DNA of 64,000 nt, taken from assembly GCA_020635435.1 (NCBI GenBank), contig JACJZU010000002.1, forward strand, positions 136,771-200,770, written 5' to 3'. This document shows positions 49,001 through 56,439 of the stretch, piece by piece. A program made the translations under genes and the position numbers. This stretch comes from Flavobacteriales bacterium. Its GTDB lineage: Bacteria; Bacteroidota; Bacteroidia; NS11-12g; UBA9320. The notes below the pieces were generated by a model that searched no databases, was not told the DNA's origin, and worked only from the letters and a program-made list of their open reading frames with translations. Each line of letters begins with the position of its first letter. The stretch's first letter is position 1.

Positions 49001-52000
49001 AGTTGACGTACTCTGTAATGGCAACAACACCGGAAGTGTAGATGTTACAGTGAGCGGTGGTAGCAGTCCGTATGCGTATAAGTGGAGTAATTCGGCTACC
49101 ACTCAGGATCTGAGCAATCTCGTAGCCGGAAGCTATTCCGTAACAATAACCGATGCAAACGCTTGTAGTCGCACGGAGTCTGTTACGATCACTCAACCTA
49201 CAGCCTTGACCATCGGAAGCTCGATCACCCATGTACTGTGTAATGGTTTCAATACAGGAGCCGTGAACGTAACTGTTGGCGGTGGTGTATCGCCTTATTC
49301 CTACCGATGGAGCAATGGTGCAAGTTCGGAAGACCTGAGCGGTATAACTGCCGGAACCTATACGGTTACCGTTACCGATCAGAATGCCTGTACGATCACA
49401 ACCACAGCCGCAGTGAATCAACCTTCGACACTTACCCGAAGTCTCACAGCTGTTGACGTTAAGTGTAATGGTGGCAATGATGGTAGCGTAACCTTAAGCG
49501 TCAGCGGAGGTGTTTCTCCATACCAATACAGGTGGAGCAACACTGCAACAACTAAGGACCTGACCAATGTTCCGGCCAATACGTATGCTGTTACCATAAC
49601 CGATGCGAACAATTGCAGTATTACAGGAAGCGCAACGGTCGGTCAACCTACACCATTGAATACAGGTGCCACTGCCACAGCTGTAAAATGTAACGGCGGA
49701 AGTGATGGTTCCGTTGATGTTACGGTGAGCGGAGGTACCAGTCCTTACACATATCGTTGGAACAACAATGCCACAACCCAGGATCTGAGCAACTTGAGCG
49801 CCTCTGTGTATTCCGTTACGATCACAGATGCCAATGCATGTTCACGAGTTGAAGTAGTTACAGTAACCCAACCTTTTGCGTTGAGTTCCTCTACAACCGT
49901 TAGTCCGGTACTGTGTAACGGAAATTCAACCGGATCCGTCGACCTGACTGTTGGCGGTGGAACCTCGCCTTATACCTATTTGTGGAGCAATGGAGCAACC
50001 GGTCAGGATCTGACAAATGTTCCGGCTGCAACGTACCGTGTAACCATCACCGATCAGAATCTGTGTACTCGTACCGATCAGGGAGTGGTGAGTGAACCGC
50101 CGCTGCTCACAGGTTCCAATACGGTAACGGATGTGAAGTGTAATGCAGGAAACGACGGAGCCGTAGATCTTACCATTAGTGGTGGGGTAACACCATACTC
50201 TTATGTTTGGTCGAACAGTGCTACCAGTCAGGATCTCACGAACGTAACGGCAGGTACTTATACCGTTGTAGTAACGGATGCGAATAATTGCGTTTTCCGC
50301 GATACAGCCGTGGTCAGTCAACCTACCGCTTTGGTACTCACCAAGCAGGTGAGCGATGTTCAGTGTTTCGGCGGAAATGACGGAGCGATCGACATTACAG
50401 TTAGTGGTGGTGTGCCGGGTTACACGTTCGCATGGAATACCGGAGCAAATACGGAGGATATCAATAACCTGATATTCGCCATCTATTCCGTTGTGGTAAC
50501 GGATGGTAATAGCTGTGTGCTCTATGATACCACCCGGGTAGGACAACCTGCCAGTCCACTTTCAATGACCTTTAATGTGGATAGTGTGAATTGTTTCGGA
50601 GAGAACAGTGGTAGCGTACTTGTTAACGTGAATGGAGGTACATCCGGTTACACGTACCGTTGGAATAACGGAGCAACTACCCAGAGCATCAATAACCTCT
50701 TTGCAGGACGATACATTGCACGCATCACGGATGCCAATCTGTGTGAGTTGGTCGACTCAGCCGACCTGTTTGAACCGGATCCGCTGTTGGGTGTACTAAG
50801 TGCCTCCGACGTGTTGTGTTATGCAGGTTCCAGCGGTGCTGTTGATGTACTTGTAGTGGGTGGAACACCTTCATATTCCTACAATTGGAGCACCGGTGCA
50901 ATTACCAAGGACATTAATAACCTCACCTTGGGCAATTACAAGGTTACGATCAGCGACATCAACAACTGTTTGTATATCGATTCCGTTCGTGTTGATCAGC
51001 CGGTGGCTCCGATCAGTTCATCCGTGCTGCAAACGGCTGTGAAGTGCTACAATGGCAGTGATGGGGGGCTGGACCTCAATGTCAATGGTGGTACTACACC
51101 TTACGAATTCATATGGTCGAATGGTGCTACAACGGAGGATATCAATGGAGTGGCCTCCGGCGACTACGATGTGCTCATCATCGACTTCAACAAGTGTACG
51201 CACCGCGATACCGGATCTGTGGATCAACCGCTTGCACCTTTGAGTCTCAGCATGACCATCAACGCGGTTAAATGCTTCGGTGGTAACGATGGTAGTGCTT
51301 CCATCGTGGTGAGTGGGGGAACTTCGCCTTATTCTTACCGTTGGTCGGACGGCACGAATGGTACCGGAATCGTGAATAAGATAACCGGCACCTATTATGT
51401 CACTGTAACGGATGCGAACGATTGTATCCTCATCGACACCGCAGTGATCGGTCAGCCGGCGGCACCGCTTTCCACAACTATCAACATAACGGATGTGAAG
51501 TGTTATGGTGGAAACGATGGAGCTTTGGATCTCTCGCTTTCAGGCGGAACTTCGCCTTATACTTTTGTATGGAGCAATTCAGCCAATACCGAAGATATCG
51601 GAACCTTGATCACAGGAACATACCATGTTCTGGTTACGGATGCGAACAACTGTACCATCCGCGATACCGGATTTGTGGATCAACCGGCTGCTCCGTTGAG
51701 TACGAGTATTTCGGTGAGTCCGGTATCCTGTAACGGCGGCAATAACGGAGCCATTCAAATGGTAGTGAGCGGGGGAACCTCGCCCTACATTTATTTGTGG
51801 TCGAACGGTTCGGCGAATCGCGACATCAGCACCCTTACCGCAGGAACCTATTATGTGGAGATCACGGATGCCAACAATTGCGTTCTCAGGGATACTGTGG
51901 TTGTGGATGAACCGGCACTTCTTACAACGAACACTTTCGGAACCTCAGCAACATCGGATGGAGAGAATGGAAGTGCATGGACCATTCCGGTGGGAGGAAC

Positions 52001-52406
52001 TTCACCCTATACCTTCCAGTGGAGCGATCCAAGTGGTCAGCGAACCGATACGGCGACCGGCCTGGTGATCGGAGGTTATACCGTTTTGGTAACCGATGCC
52101 AATGGATGTACTGTACGCGATTCCATATGGGTACCTCTGGCACCGGATCCGTCTACCATCAATCTGTTCCCGAACCCGACAAATGGGGAGATCACCATCA
52201 CCAATCTGGACGCATTGGGATTGGAGGAACCGATCCTGATCGAACTAATTCAGATGCAAGGCAAGGTGGAGCAGACCTTCGAGGTGATCGGACTGAGCCA
52301 ATACACATTCTTCCTGGACAACAATCTGTTCAATGGCATGTACCTGATCCGCATCAGTAATTTCCGCGGTGCGGAACATCGCAAAGTGGTACTTACCCGT
52401 CAATAA
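43098..52406 (+). CDS. 3102-aa T9SS cargo: M4 (thermolysin-family) metallopeptidase with propeptide, SprB-type repeats, DUF11-like central region, 24 further SprB-type repeats, type A C-terminal sorting domain
   Basis: Signal peptide, then an FTP/PepSY-like propeptide (VLKVNQTYKGVDVDGGDIILRYG). HEFSHGV lies at 44283-44303, followed by GALNESFADMFG and GGVHTNSGVGNYWFY. The repeat consensus is C(F/N)GG.(D/T)GS(I/V)D..VSGG(T/V)SPY.Y.WSN. The C-terminus is LFPNPTNGEITI...GMYLIRISN. Confidence 0.9.
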   Translation: MNNLRNTIRTILFCAPLYFGMTASSTAQTDSEIRVLEMEYNNSGILYYVKPHSSWSNTSIESLPAILSKIYKVPDGWGLREVERQVVESGTVLKVNQTYKGVDVDGGDIILRYGNDGKISDILGTPRHINMDPVPDTIGAARAIDVALTHLGIDTLALDVNPATGEPFYPEIRLCYAPYNSDLLSAFVLCYEVEVLVSSPARYFYYIDARNGEVASVQNALMHDKIKGTSWYSGSVEFEAIKRGNFITGYYYESHDAVRKIRCFDHGYNKAVIDDDWTMCKRPGGPLPKPIFWDNSTDWTATDKKGVVDVMWGIGKTYDYFKEKHYRNSFDNRGTYIDNRLYYDVLERHWDAACPIDTFKIDSTYCNAYWNGKLLTYGNGNGVAAGVYGSINTCGHEFSHGVVEFTAGLKYQGESGALNESFADMFGTAIEFYAKQSIGSNGNWKYGEEHTTPANPNDCLRDMSDPHATGDPDTYKVDARWVNTANVSKANDYGGVHTNSGVGNYWFYLLSEGSGGKKTNEAGDEYDFSGIGLTKAEKIAYRALSAYMGNWSDYAQARKATLLAAEDYYGKKSSEYKAVCNAWYAVNVGEKCCDTMELSFTIEEPTCAESEDGKINLTVKKANGPLIYSWFKNDTNSVVLSTSQNIAGLKADRYIVIVKDTAAKCEIVGDTTLEGKTVEVTVTGGGSYSGPCDRTFEISLTSSASGGEAPYTYNWAPNGVLKLTLGGSSSSFNNYTAVITDKNGCKGKKTTSVLYIPIRCSYDPNDIIGPPAYGEEGWVAKSATLPYKIRFENDPKFATGPAQRVEIIHKLDSNVNLNSFRLSDFGFYTFNFQVPSNSINYSNRLDIRDSFGIYLDVRAGVNSSTREAFWIFESIDPNTGLPPLDGSKGFLRVNDTTNHQGEGYVNYTIRPASHTVTGDSIRAIANITFDDNPDINTPKIFNLIDAVPPSSKIDSVASVLDSNNVVMTITAADDPGGSGLATFDIYYSENGGAFQLYLTEISDTFFAFTGNYGSSYQFYSRARDNVRNQEASQAIGDVEFSVAPDQFFKDLPANLELCSGDTLDLRWYTSNLTNVDLEYSADSGLTYTTMATHVGVADTQYLWVIPNSISGSGFYFIRAKSSSGTVLDTSDVFKLNAGPSPELGSDTAFCDGSTFSITLSPGSGFSSYSWSTGSTNSTLSINSFGSYAVTVSNAYGCFASDELLVGKNLKPAVMYKYKTDPSCFGYTNGDAEVVVVSGTAPYFYSWSQGGTSSSINSLGTGKYQVTVTDSKGCETVDSIEITAPAVLWNTLALTHIKCYGGADGSIDVGVSGGTSPYSFVWQTNDTTEDLSGLQGGTYYLTITDAMNCLRLDTAIINEPDILSTSMSLTHVNCFNEANGVANLSVSGGVSPYTYLWTGGSTSQDLNNIVAGTYVVLVTDSNNCTILDTAVITEPNELKATLTSTNANCFGSSDGTISASVSGGTSGYSYLWSNGITTNNLSGVGAGIYHVTITDLKSCSITRSATITQPNALQVNLTSVNVKCFGAASGSISSSVTGGTSPYSYKWSNSASTAALSGLSAGVYTVTVSDQKNCSTTAKVTITQPTALAVGTVVTHVLCNGAATGSVDLSISGGTSPYAYKWSNSATSQDLSSVAAGIYSVTATDNNACTIVTSAVVNQPTVLARTLTPVHVKCFGGNDGSIGLSVSGGTSPYQFKWSNSATSKDLTGLSAATYAVTISDANNCTITGSAAVNQPTALSSSSTKSDVKCNGGNTGSIDVSVSGGTSPYSYKWSNNATTQDLNNLSVGTYTVTITDANLCTRTESATIGQPTALSIGTSITHVLCNGFTTGAVDLSVSGGVPGYTYKWSNGSSTEDLSAIAAGSYSVTATDQNACTVTTTAVVNQPTALSRTLTPVDVKCNGGNDGSISLSVSGGVSPYQYKWSNTATTKDLSGLTAATYSVTITDANNCSITGSASVGQPTILSSGFTKVDVLCNGNNTGSVDVTVSGGSSPYAYKWSNSATTQDLSNLVAGSYSVTITDANACSRTESVTITQPTALTIGSSITHVLCNGFNTGAVNVTVGGGVSPYSYRWSNGASSEDLSGITAGTYTVTVTDQNACTITTTAAVNQPSTLTRSLTAVDVKCNGGNDGSVTLSVSGGVSPYQYRWSNTATTKDLTNVPANTYAVTITDANNCSITGSATVGQPTPLNTGATATAVKCNGGSDGSVDVTVSGGTSPYTYRWNNNATTQDLSNLSASVYSVTITDANACSRVEVVTVTQPFALSSSTTVSPVLCNGNSTGSVDLTVGGGTSPYTYLWSNGATGQDLTNVPAATYRVTITDQNLCTRTDQGVVSEPPLLTGSNTVTDVKCNAGNDGAVDLTISGGVTPYSYVWSNSATSQDLTNVTAGTYTVVVTDANNCVFRDTAVVSQPTALVLTKQVSDVQCFGGNDGAIDITVSGGVPGYTFAWNTGANTEDINNLIFAIYSVVVTDGNSCVLYDTTRVGQPASPLSMTFNVDSVNCFGENSGSVLVNVNGGTSGYTYRWNNGATTQSINNLFAGRYIARITDANLCELVDSADLFEPDPLLGVLSASDVLCYAGSSGAVDVLVVGGTPSYSYNWSTGAITKDINNLTLGNYKVTISDINNCLYIDSVRVDQPVAPISSSVLQTAVKCYNGSDGGLDLNVNGGTTPYEFIWSNGATTEDINGVASGDYDVLIIDFNKCTHRDTGSVDQPLAPLSLSMTINAVKCFGGNDGSASIVVSGGTSPYSYRWSDGTNGTGIVNKITGTYYVTVTDANDCILIDTAVIGQPAAPLSTTINITDVKCYGGNDGALDLSLSGGTSPYTFVWSNSANTEDIGTLITGTYHVLVTDANNCTIRDTGFVDQPAAPLSTSISVSPVSCNGGNNGAIQMVVSGGTSPYIYLWSNGSANRDISTLTAGTYYVEITDANNCVLRDTVVVDEPALLTTNTFGTSATSDGENGSAWTIPVGGTSPYTFQWSDPSGQRTDTATGLVIGGYTVLVTDANGCTVRDSIWVPLAPDPSTINLFPNPTNGEITITNLDALGLEEPILIELIQMQGKVEQTFEVIGLSQYTFFLDNNLFNGMYLIRISNFRGAEHRKVVLTRQ
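46740..52140 (+). repeat. 24 consecutive 225-bp (75-aa) SprB-type coding repeats
   Basis: 5400 nt divided by 225 gives 24 units. I counted 24 SGG.SPY-type motifs in the translation of this interval. Confidence 0.8.
47844..49868 (+). repeat. Three tandem copies of a 675-bp super-repeat (each = 3 SprB-type repeats)
   Basis: The CAACC(T/C)AC(G/T/A)GC codons for QPTA recur at 47844, 48519 and 49194, and CAACCT (QP) recurs at 49869. The same three repeat flavours appear in the same order in each copy. Confidence 0.85.
52158..52403 (+). other. Type A T9SS C-terminal sorting domain of the M4/SprB-repeat protein
   Basis: INLFPNPTNGEITITNL...FNGMYLIRISNFRGAEHRKVVLTRQ. Confidence 0.8.
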
Positions 52407-52437
52407 GTTGTTTATTGCACAAATTGTCAAAAACCAG

Positions 52438-52466
52438 AAAGGCGCTCTGAAAAGGGCGCCTTTTTT
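52438..52466 (+). terminator. Intrinsic terminator after the 22-kb two-gene unit
   Basis: AAAGGCGC-(10-nt loop)-GCGCCTTT followed by TTT. Confidence 0.8.
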
Positions 52467-52503
52467 ATGGAATAACCAGGTGTTTTTAGTTAATTGCCCT
52501 CAG

Positions 52504-53208
52504 GTGAGGGATTCGGTTTTTGCATTTCTATTCATTATTCTCTCGGGCAATACGCTCATTGCAGGAGAACCGATCCGGTCGAAAGTTTCCACGGATTACG
52601 AATTGAGCTTCAAGGAGAAGTATTTCTTTCATCAGCTGCGGAGTGAATGGCAATTCGGTCGTATACCCGCTTTTGAGGTAGATAGAATAATGTCCGACGG
52701 GCGCAGGGTGGCTTACGGCCCTCATACGGTTGCCGTTATCTCTCTGGGTGGGATCGGCTATGAACCTCGCATCAACCTGCTCGATCTTAAGGATAAGGCA
52801 TCCATCTCCATTTCTGTACCCTTCGATTTTAGTTTGGGTCTGAGTGTGAGTGAGCCGAACGATGCGGTCAATACAGGATTTTTTGCAGCCAGTATGGGGT
52901 TTTTCCTGGATGCCAACTATGGGAATCACAGCACCTTTAACAATATCGATCCTACGGGTATCGGATTTGGGATCGGATGGCGTGTGCACAAAGCTCCGCT
53001 GATCGGAATTCCCGATGGAGATTACAAGTTTTCCCGTCTTTCCGGAGGTCCAGCTATGCGTGTACAGTACAAATTAGACCAAAAAAATAAACGCAACCGG
53101 GTATTCTATTTGGAAAGTGGCATCCCGGAATATGTTGAAACAGAAAATGGCGGGTATCGGGCAAATCTTTACTTGATGGTTGGAATTGGAACTCTTTTGG
53201 ACTACTGA
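52504..53208 (+). CDS. Hypothetical small outer-membrane beta-barrel-like protein
   Basis: GTG start chosen downstream of the terminator (VRDSVFAFLFIILSGNTLIAGEP, signal-like). Alternating hydrophobic strands and the C-terminus GIGTLLDY fit a barrel. Its stop overlaps the next ATG (TGATG). Confidence 0.5.
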   Translation: MRDSVFAFLFIILSGNTLIAGEPIRSKVSTDYELSFKEKYFFHQLRSEWQFGRIPAFEVDRIMSDGRRVAYGPHTVAVISLGGIGYEPRINLLDLKDKASISISVPFDFSLGLSVSEPNDAVNTGFFAASMGFFLDANYGNHSTFNNIDPTGIGFGIGWRVHKAPLIGIPDGDYKFSRLSGGPAMRVQYKLDQKNKRNRVFYLESGIPEYVETENGGYRANLYLMVGIGTLLDY

Positions 53209-55301
53209 TGCGCTTATTGATCCTGTACATATTCTGTTGCTTTCCGGGGATGATCTTCGCGCAACTCAACCTGGAGTCTCGCGGCAGTATCCCGGAAGAA
53301 CTCTACATTTCCACAGTTGACAAATTCAATAAAAAGCGACAGGAGAGTTTGGATTCTTCCTTCAATGAACCGCGCGCTATTCGTTTGTCCCAATTGGGCT
53401 TTTACGCCAATAGTCTTTTTCTGATCGATGCCATCAAGAACAATGCGAACATCAGCATTAATGATGCTTACACGAAACTGCTCAACGATATTGCCGATCA
53501 TTTGCTGAAAGATGATCCGGAATTGCGTTCGAGGATACATCTGTATGCTTATCGCTCTCCGTATGTAAATGCATTCTCCACGGATCAAGGCGATCTTTTC
53601 TTCACTACCGGCTTACTGGCACATTGCCGAACCGAGGGGGAGTTGGCCTTCGTTGTAGCTCACGAGATCATCCATACTCGCAAACAGCACAACATGACGG
53701 GTTTCAACGAAAAGATCCGCATCTACCGGGGAGAAGGGGAATACAAGGATATGGACGTGGACAAATCACTGGAGCGGATCCACAGTTTCTCCCGTAATCT
53801 GGAGCGAGAAGCTGATACCACGGCCTTGGAGTATTTTTTCAAAAGTGTCTACAACACGTCTGCCGTTACAAGTGCCTTGGAAATGTTGAAAACGGCCCAC
53901 TTGTCCTATGGTGAGGTACCGTTCAACTGGAGCCTGGTGTCCGGTTCTACCTATACTATGCCAGCGGAATACCTGCCGGATTCACTGCCCAAGACCCAGG
54001 TTGATACATCCGACGATCCGCGCAGTACACATCCTAACCTCCACGAACGCATAGCCTATTGCAAGCAGATCATCCAGAAACGGCCGGGCTCGGGAGAAAA
54101 GAGTTACCATTTCTTAAGCAAGTCGGAATTTGAATTGTTGCGGCTGTCTGCACGACAAGCTTTGCTCGAATATTGGTATAACGAACATCATTATGCCAAG
54201 GCTATCTACACGGCAGCGCTCTTACATGCGGAGAACCCCGACCCTCGCTATGTTCAATTCATGCGGCAATGCATCAACGCAGAAATACAAGTGCGGAATG
54301 CAGGCTATGTGACCGATGAGCGGAAAAACCGGGATTATACCGGTGAACTCTACAAGCCATGGTATTTCTTGTATGAACTAAAGAAATACGAAACGGCCGG
54401 TGTCAATTTTATAATGACCTGGGAGCGCTATGTATTGAATCCCGAGTCAGGCCTCGAAGACGAAGTGGTGCGTTCGCTGAAAGGATTCCTGTTCAATATC
54501 AAGAACGATTGGAAGAAGTTGGCTGCCGATGATTTCGACACGAGCAAGGTCGGGATGAAGAAATATGACGCCTTGTTGCCCGATCTGAAACGGATCTTTG
54601 AATCGGAGTTGTACAGATCACATTTCAAAAACCCAACAAAATATTTGGATGAGACCGAAGCTTGGGATAAGAAGAAGGAGTTACAGATCAATGCCGAAAT
54701 AGGCGAATTACAAACTCAGAAACTCATCGTTCTGAACCCCTATTACATGCGTTACGATGAGCAGATCGATGGCTATGTGGATCTGGTGAATTCCTATGAG
54801 AATGAATTGAACTTGCTTCAATCGGTGAAGTTGGCGGCTACGAGAAACAATATCGATATCTCTCTGCTCGACGTTCGGGACATTGGTCGGGAGAATGCCC
54901 GGGCGTTTGACGATATTTCCGTTCTTACGAACTACCTTGGGCGCTATATGGTCTATGATCTGAACTCGGCCTGGAATGTGCTTCCGTCAAACGAATCCGC
55001 CATACGTGGGATCCGTGAGCGCTACAATGCGCGCTATATGATGTGGATCGGGGTGCGTTCGTACAAGGGCACATCTTTTAAAAGTAGGGGATCATTGTTG
55101 CTTGCACTCTTATTTCCGCAGTATTTGCCATTCGGACTGTTGCGATCCATGGAGAAGGACCATGAACTTGAAATGTTCCATGTATTGATCGATCTGGAAA
55201 AGCATCGCATCGTGCGTTCCGATCATATATCGGTTGAGTATATGAAAGACAATACCTCCAATGTAGCTATCTATCTCAATGCATTTTTTAAGAAGTTGTA
55301 G
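53208..55301 (+). CDS. M48-family zinc metallopeptidase with a ~450-aa C-terminal extension
   Basis: Signal peptide MRLLILYIFCCFPGMIFAQ, HEIIH at 53661-53675, and the downstream Glu ligand motif FSRNLEREAD. Confidence 0.8.
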   Translation: MRLLILYIFCCFPGMIFAQLNLESRGSIPEELYISTVDKFNKKRQESLDSSFNEPRAIRLSQLGFYANSLFLIDAIKNNANISINDAYTKLLNDIADHLLKDDPELRSRIHLYAYRSPYVNAFSTDQGDLFFTTGLLAHCRTEGELAFVVAHEIIHTRKQHNMTGFNEKIRIYRGEGEYKDMDVDKSLERIHSFSRNLEREADTTALEYFFKSVYNTSAVTSALEMLKTAHLSYGEVPFNWSLVSGSTYTMPAEYLPDSLPKTQVDTSDDPRSTHPNLHERIAYCKQIIQKRPGSGEKSYHFLSKSEFELLRLSARQALLEYWYNEHHYAKAIYTAALLHAENPDPRYVQFMRQCINAEIQVRNAGYVTDERKNRDYTGELYKPWYFLYELKKYETAGVNFIMTWERYVLNPESGLEDEVVRSLKGFLFNIKNDWKKLAADDFDTSKVGMKKYDALLPDLKRIFESELYRSHFKNPTKYLDETEAWDKKKELQINAEIGELQTQKLIVLNPYYMRYDEQIDGYVDLVNSYENELNLLQSVKLAATRNNIDISLLDVRDIGRENARAFDDISVLTNYLGRYMVYDLNSAWNVLPSNESAIRGIRERYNARYMMWIGVRSYKGTSFKSRGSLLLALLFPQYLPFGLLRSMEKDHELEMFHVLIDLEKHRIVRSDHISVEYMKDNTSNVAIYLNAFFKKL

Positions 55302-56022
55302 TTTTCTGGCTTTTCTCCTCTTAGGTGGTAGCTATTTGAAGGCACAGGAGAAGCCTGTTCTCGATAGAGATCTGGTCGTTTCGGTGCAAGGGGAATTGCT
55401 GGATCCGATGTACGATTTCTACAATAGTTTCAAACTCACTTCTCGTCTGGGTCTGGATCTGGAAAAGAAAGTTAGTACCAAACGAAGTTTGGGCGTGCGT
55501 TTAAATTACAATCGCTTCAAGTCTTATGATTTTGATATGTTCACCGGAACAACCTCTGTGTCCCGGGATTATTCAGGGGTGCGTGATACGGTTCTGCCTT
55601 TATTGAGGAATGGATATACTAGAGGCTTTGGAGCGGAGGTTTTTACACGGGTTTTTCGTTCGGCGAAAGGTGGACTGTTCCCGATCGGGTTTTATTATGA
55701 ATGGGGAATGGGGCTTCATCAAACCCGCTTTTCGGGTTATACGTATCAGCAATGGGATGAGGCTTTGAGTGCCTATCGTCCGGTAGAGGAAGAGGTGCAA
55801 AGTGTTCGCAGTGTTTCTTTCTCCTTGCGAAGTGGCAAACAGTGGTTATTCGAGAATAATTTGATCTTTGGGTTCGGAATTGGATTGAAGGGACATCTGC
55901 CGCTTCGGTTCAAATCGGCTTCGGATGAGTCGACCGTTTACGATGCACGCACTCTATTCTATCACGATGTGTTGATGACAGATTGGTTCTCAACGTATGT
56001 CCGGCTCGGGTATTTGTTCTGA
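55279..56022 (+). CDS. Hypothetical small outer-membrane beta-barrel-like protein
   Basis: Signal peptide (SFLAFLLLGGSYLKAQ) and the C-terminal beta-signal-like YVRLGYLF. It overlaps the M48 gene by 23 nt. Confidence 0.55.
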   Translation: MHFLRSCSFLAFLLLGGSYLKAQEKPVLDRDLVVSVQGELLDPMYDFYNSFKLTSRLGLDLEKKVSTKRSLGVRLNYNRFKSYDFDMFTGTTSVSRDYSGVRDTVLPLLRNGYTRGFGAEVFTRVFRSAKGGLFPIGFYYEWGMGLHQTRFSGYTYQQWDEALSAYRPVEEEVQSVRSVSFSLRSGKQWLFENNLIFGFGIGLKGHLPLRFKSASDESTVYDARTLFYHDVLMTDWFSTYVRLGYLF

Positions 56023-56033
56023 CTCCGCGACGG

Positions 56034-56366
56034 TCTGTGGTGCAAAAGATTTCACGTAGCTGTTTCACCACAGATGCACACAGATAAGGGAAGGAAAAGT
56101 AATCTGTGCAAGATCTGTGTCGATCCGTGTAATCTGTGGTGCAAACAATTCACGCAGCTATTATTACCACAGATGCACACAGATTAACACAGATAAGGGC
56201 AGGAAAAGTAATCTGTGCAAGATCTGTGTCGATCCGTGTAATCTGTGGTGCAAAGAATTCACGCAGCTATTTTTACCACAGATGCACACAGATTAACACA
56301 GATAAGGGCAGGAAAAGTAATCTGTGCAAGATCTGTGTCGATCTGAGTAATCTGTGGTGCAAAAAA
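56034..56366. repeat. Tandem array, 3.15 units of 99/109/109 bp, composed of ATCTGTG/CACAGAT heptamers
   Basis: Units begin with TCTGTGGTGCAAA at 56034, 56133, 56242 and 56351. Units 2 and 3 carry an extra TAACACAGAT. Each unit contains an inverted pair ATCTGTGGT(G)...(C)ACCACAGAT. Confidence 0.9.
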
Positions 56367-56439
56367 AACGTAACTTTTACACCCCCAAACAACACATGCG
56401 GGGATGCAAACTATTTGAAGTGGGCAACTTTCTGCAACC

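Noticed and set aside
47697-50546. Several minus-strand ORFs of 60-206 aa within the SprB-repeat array
   Set aside because: They are a periodic by-product of the repeated Gly/Ser/Thr-rich coding sequence on the plus strand, and they recur with the repeat period.
56034-56366. Possible CRISPR array, given regularly spaced repeats in an intergenic region
   Set aside because: The units are contiguous near-identical copies of about 100 bp with no unique spacers between short repeats. No cas genes are in the window.
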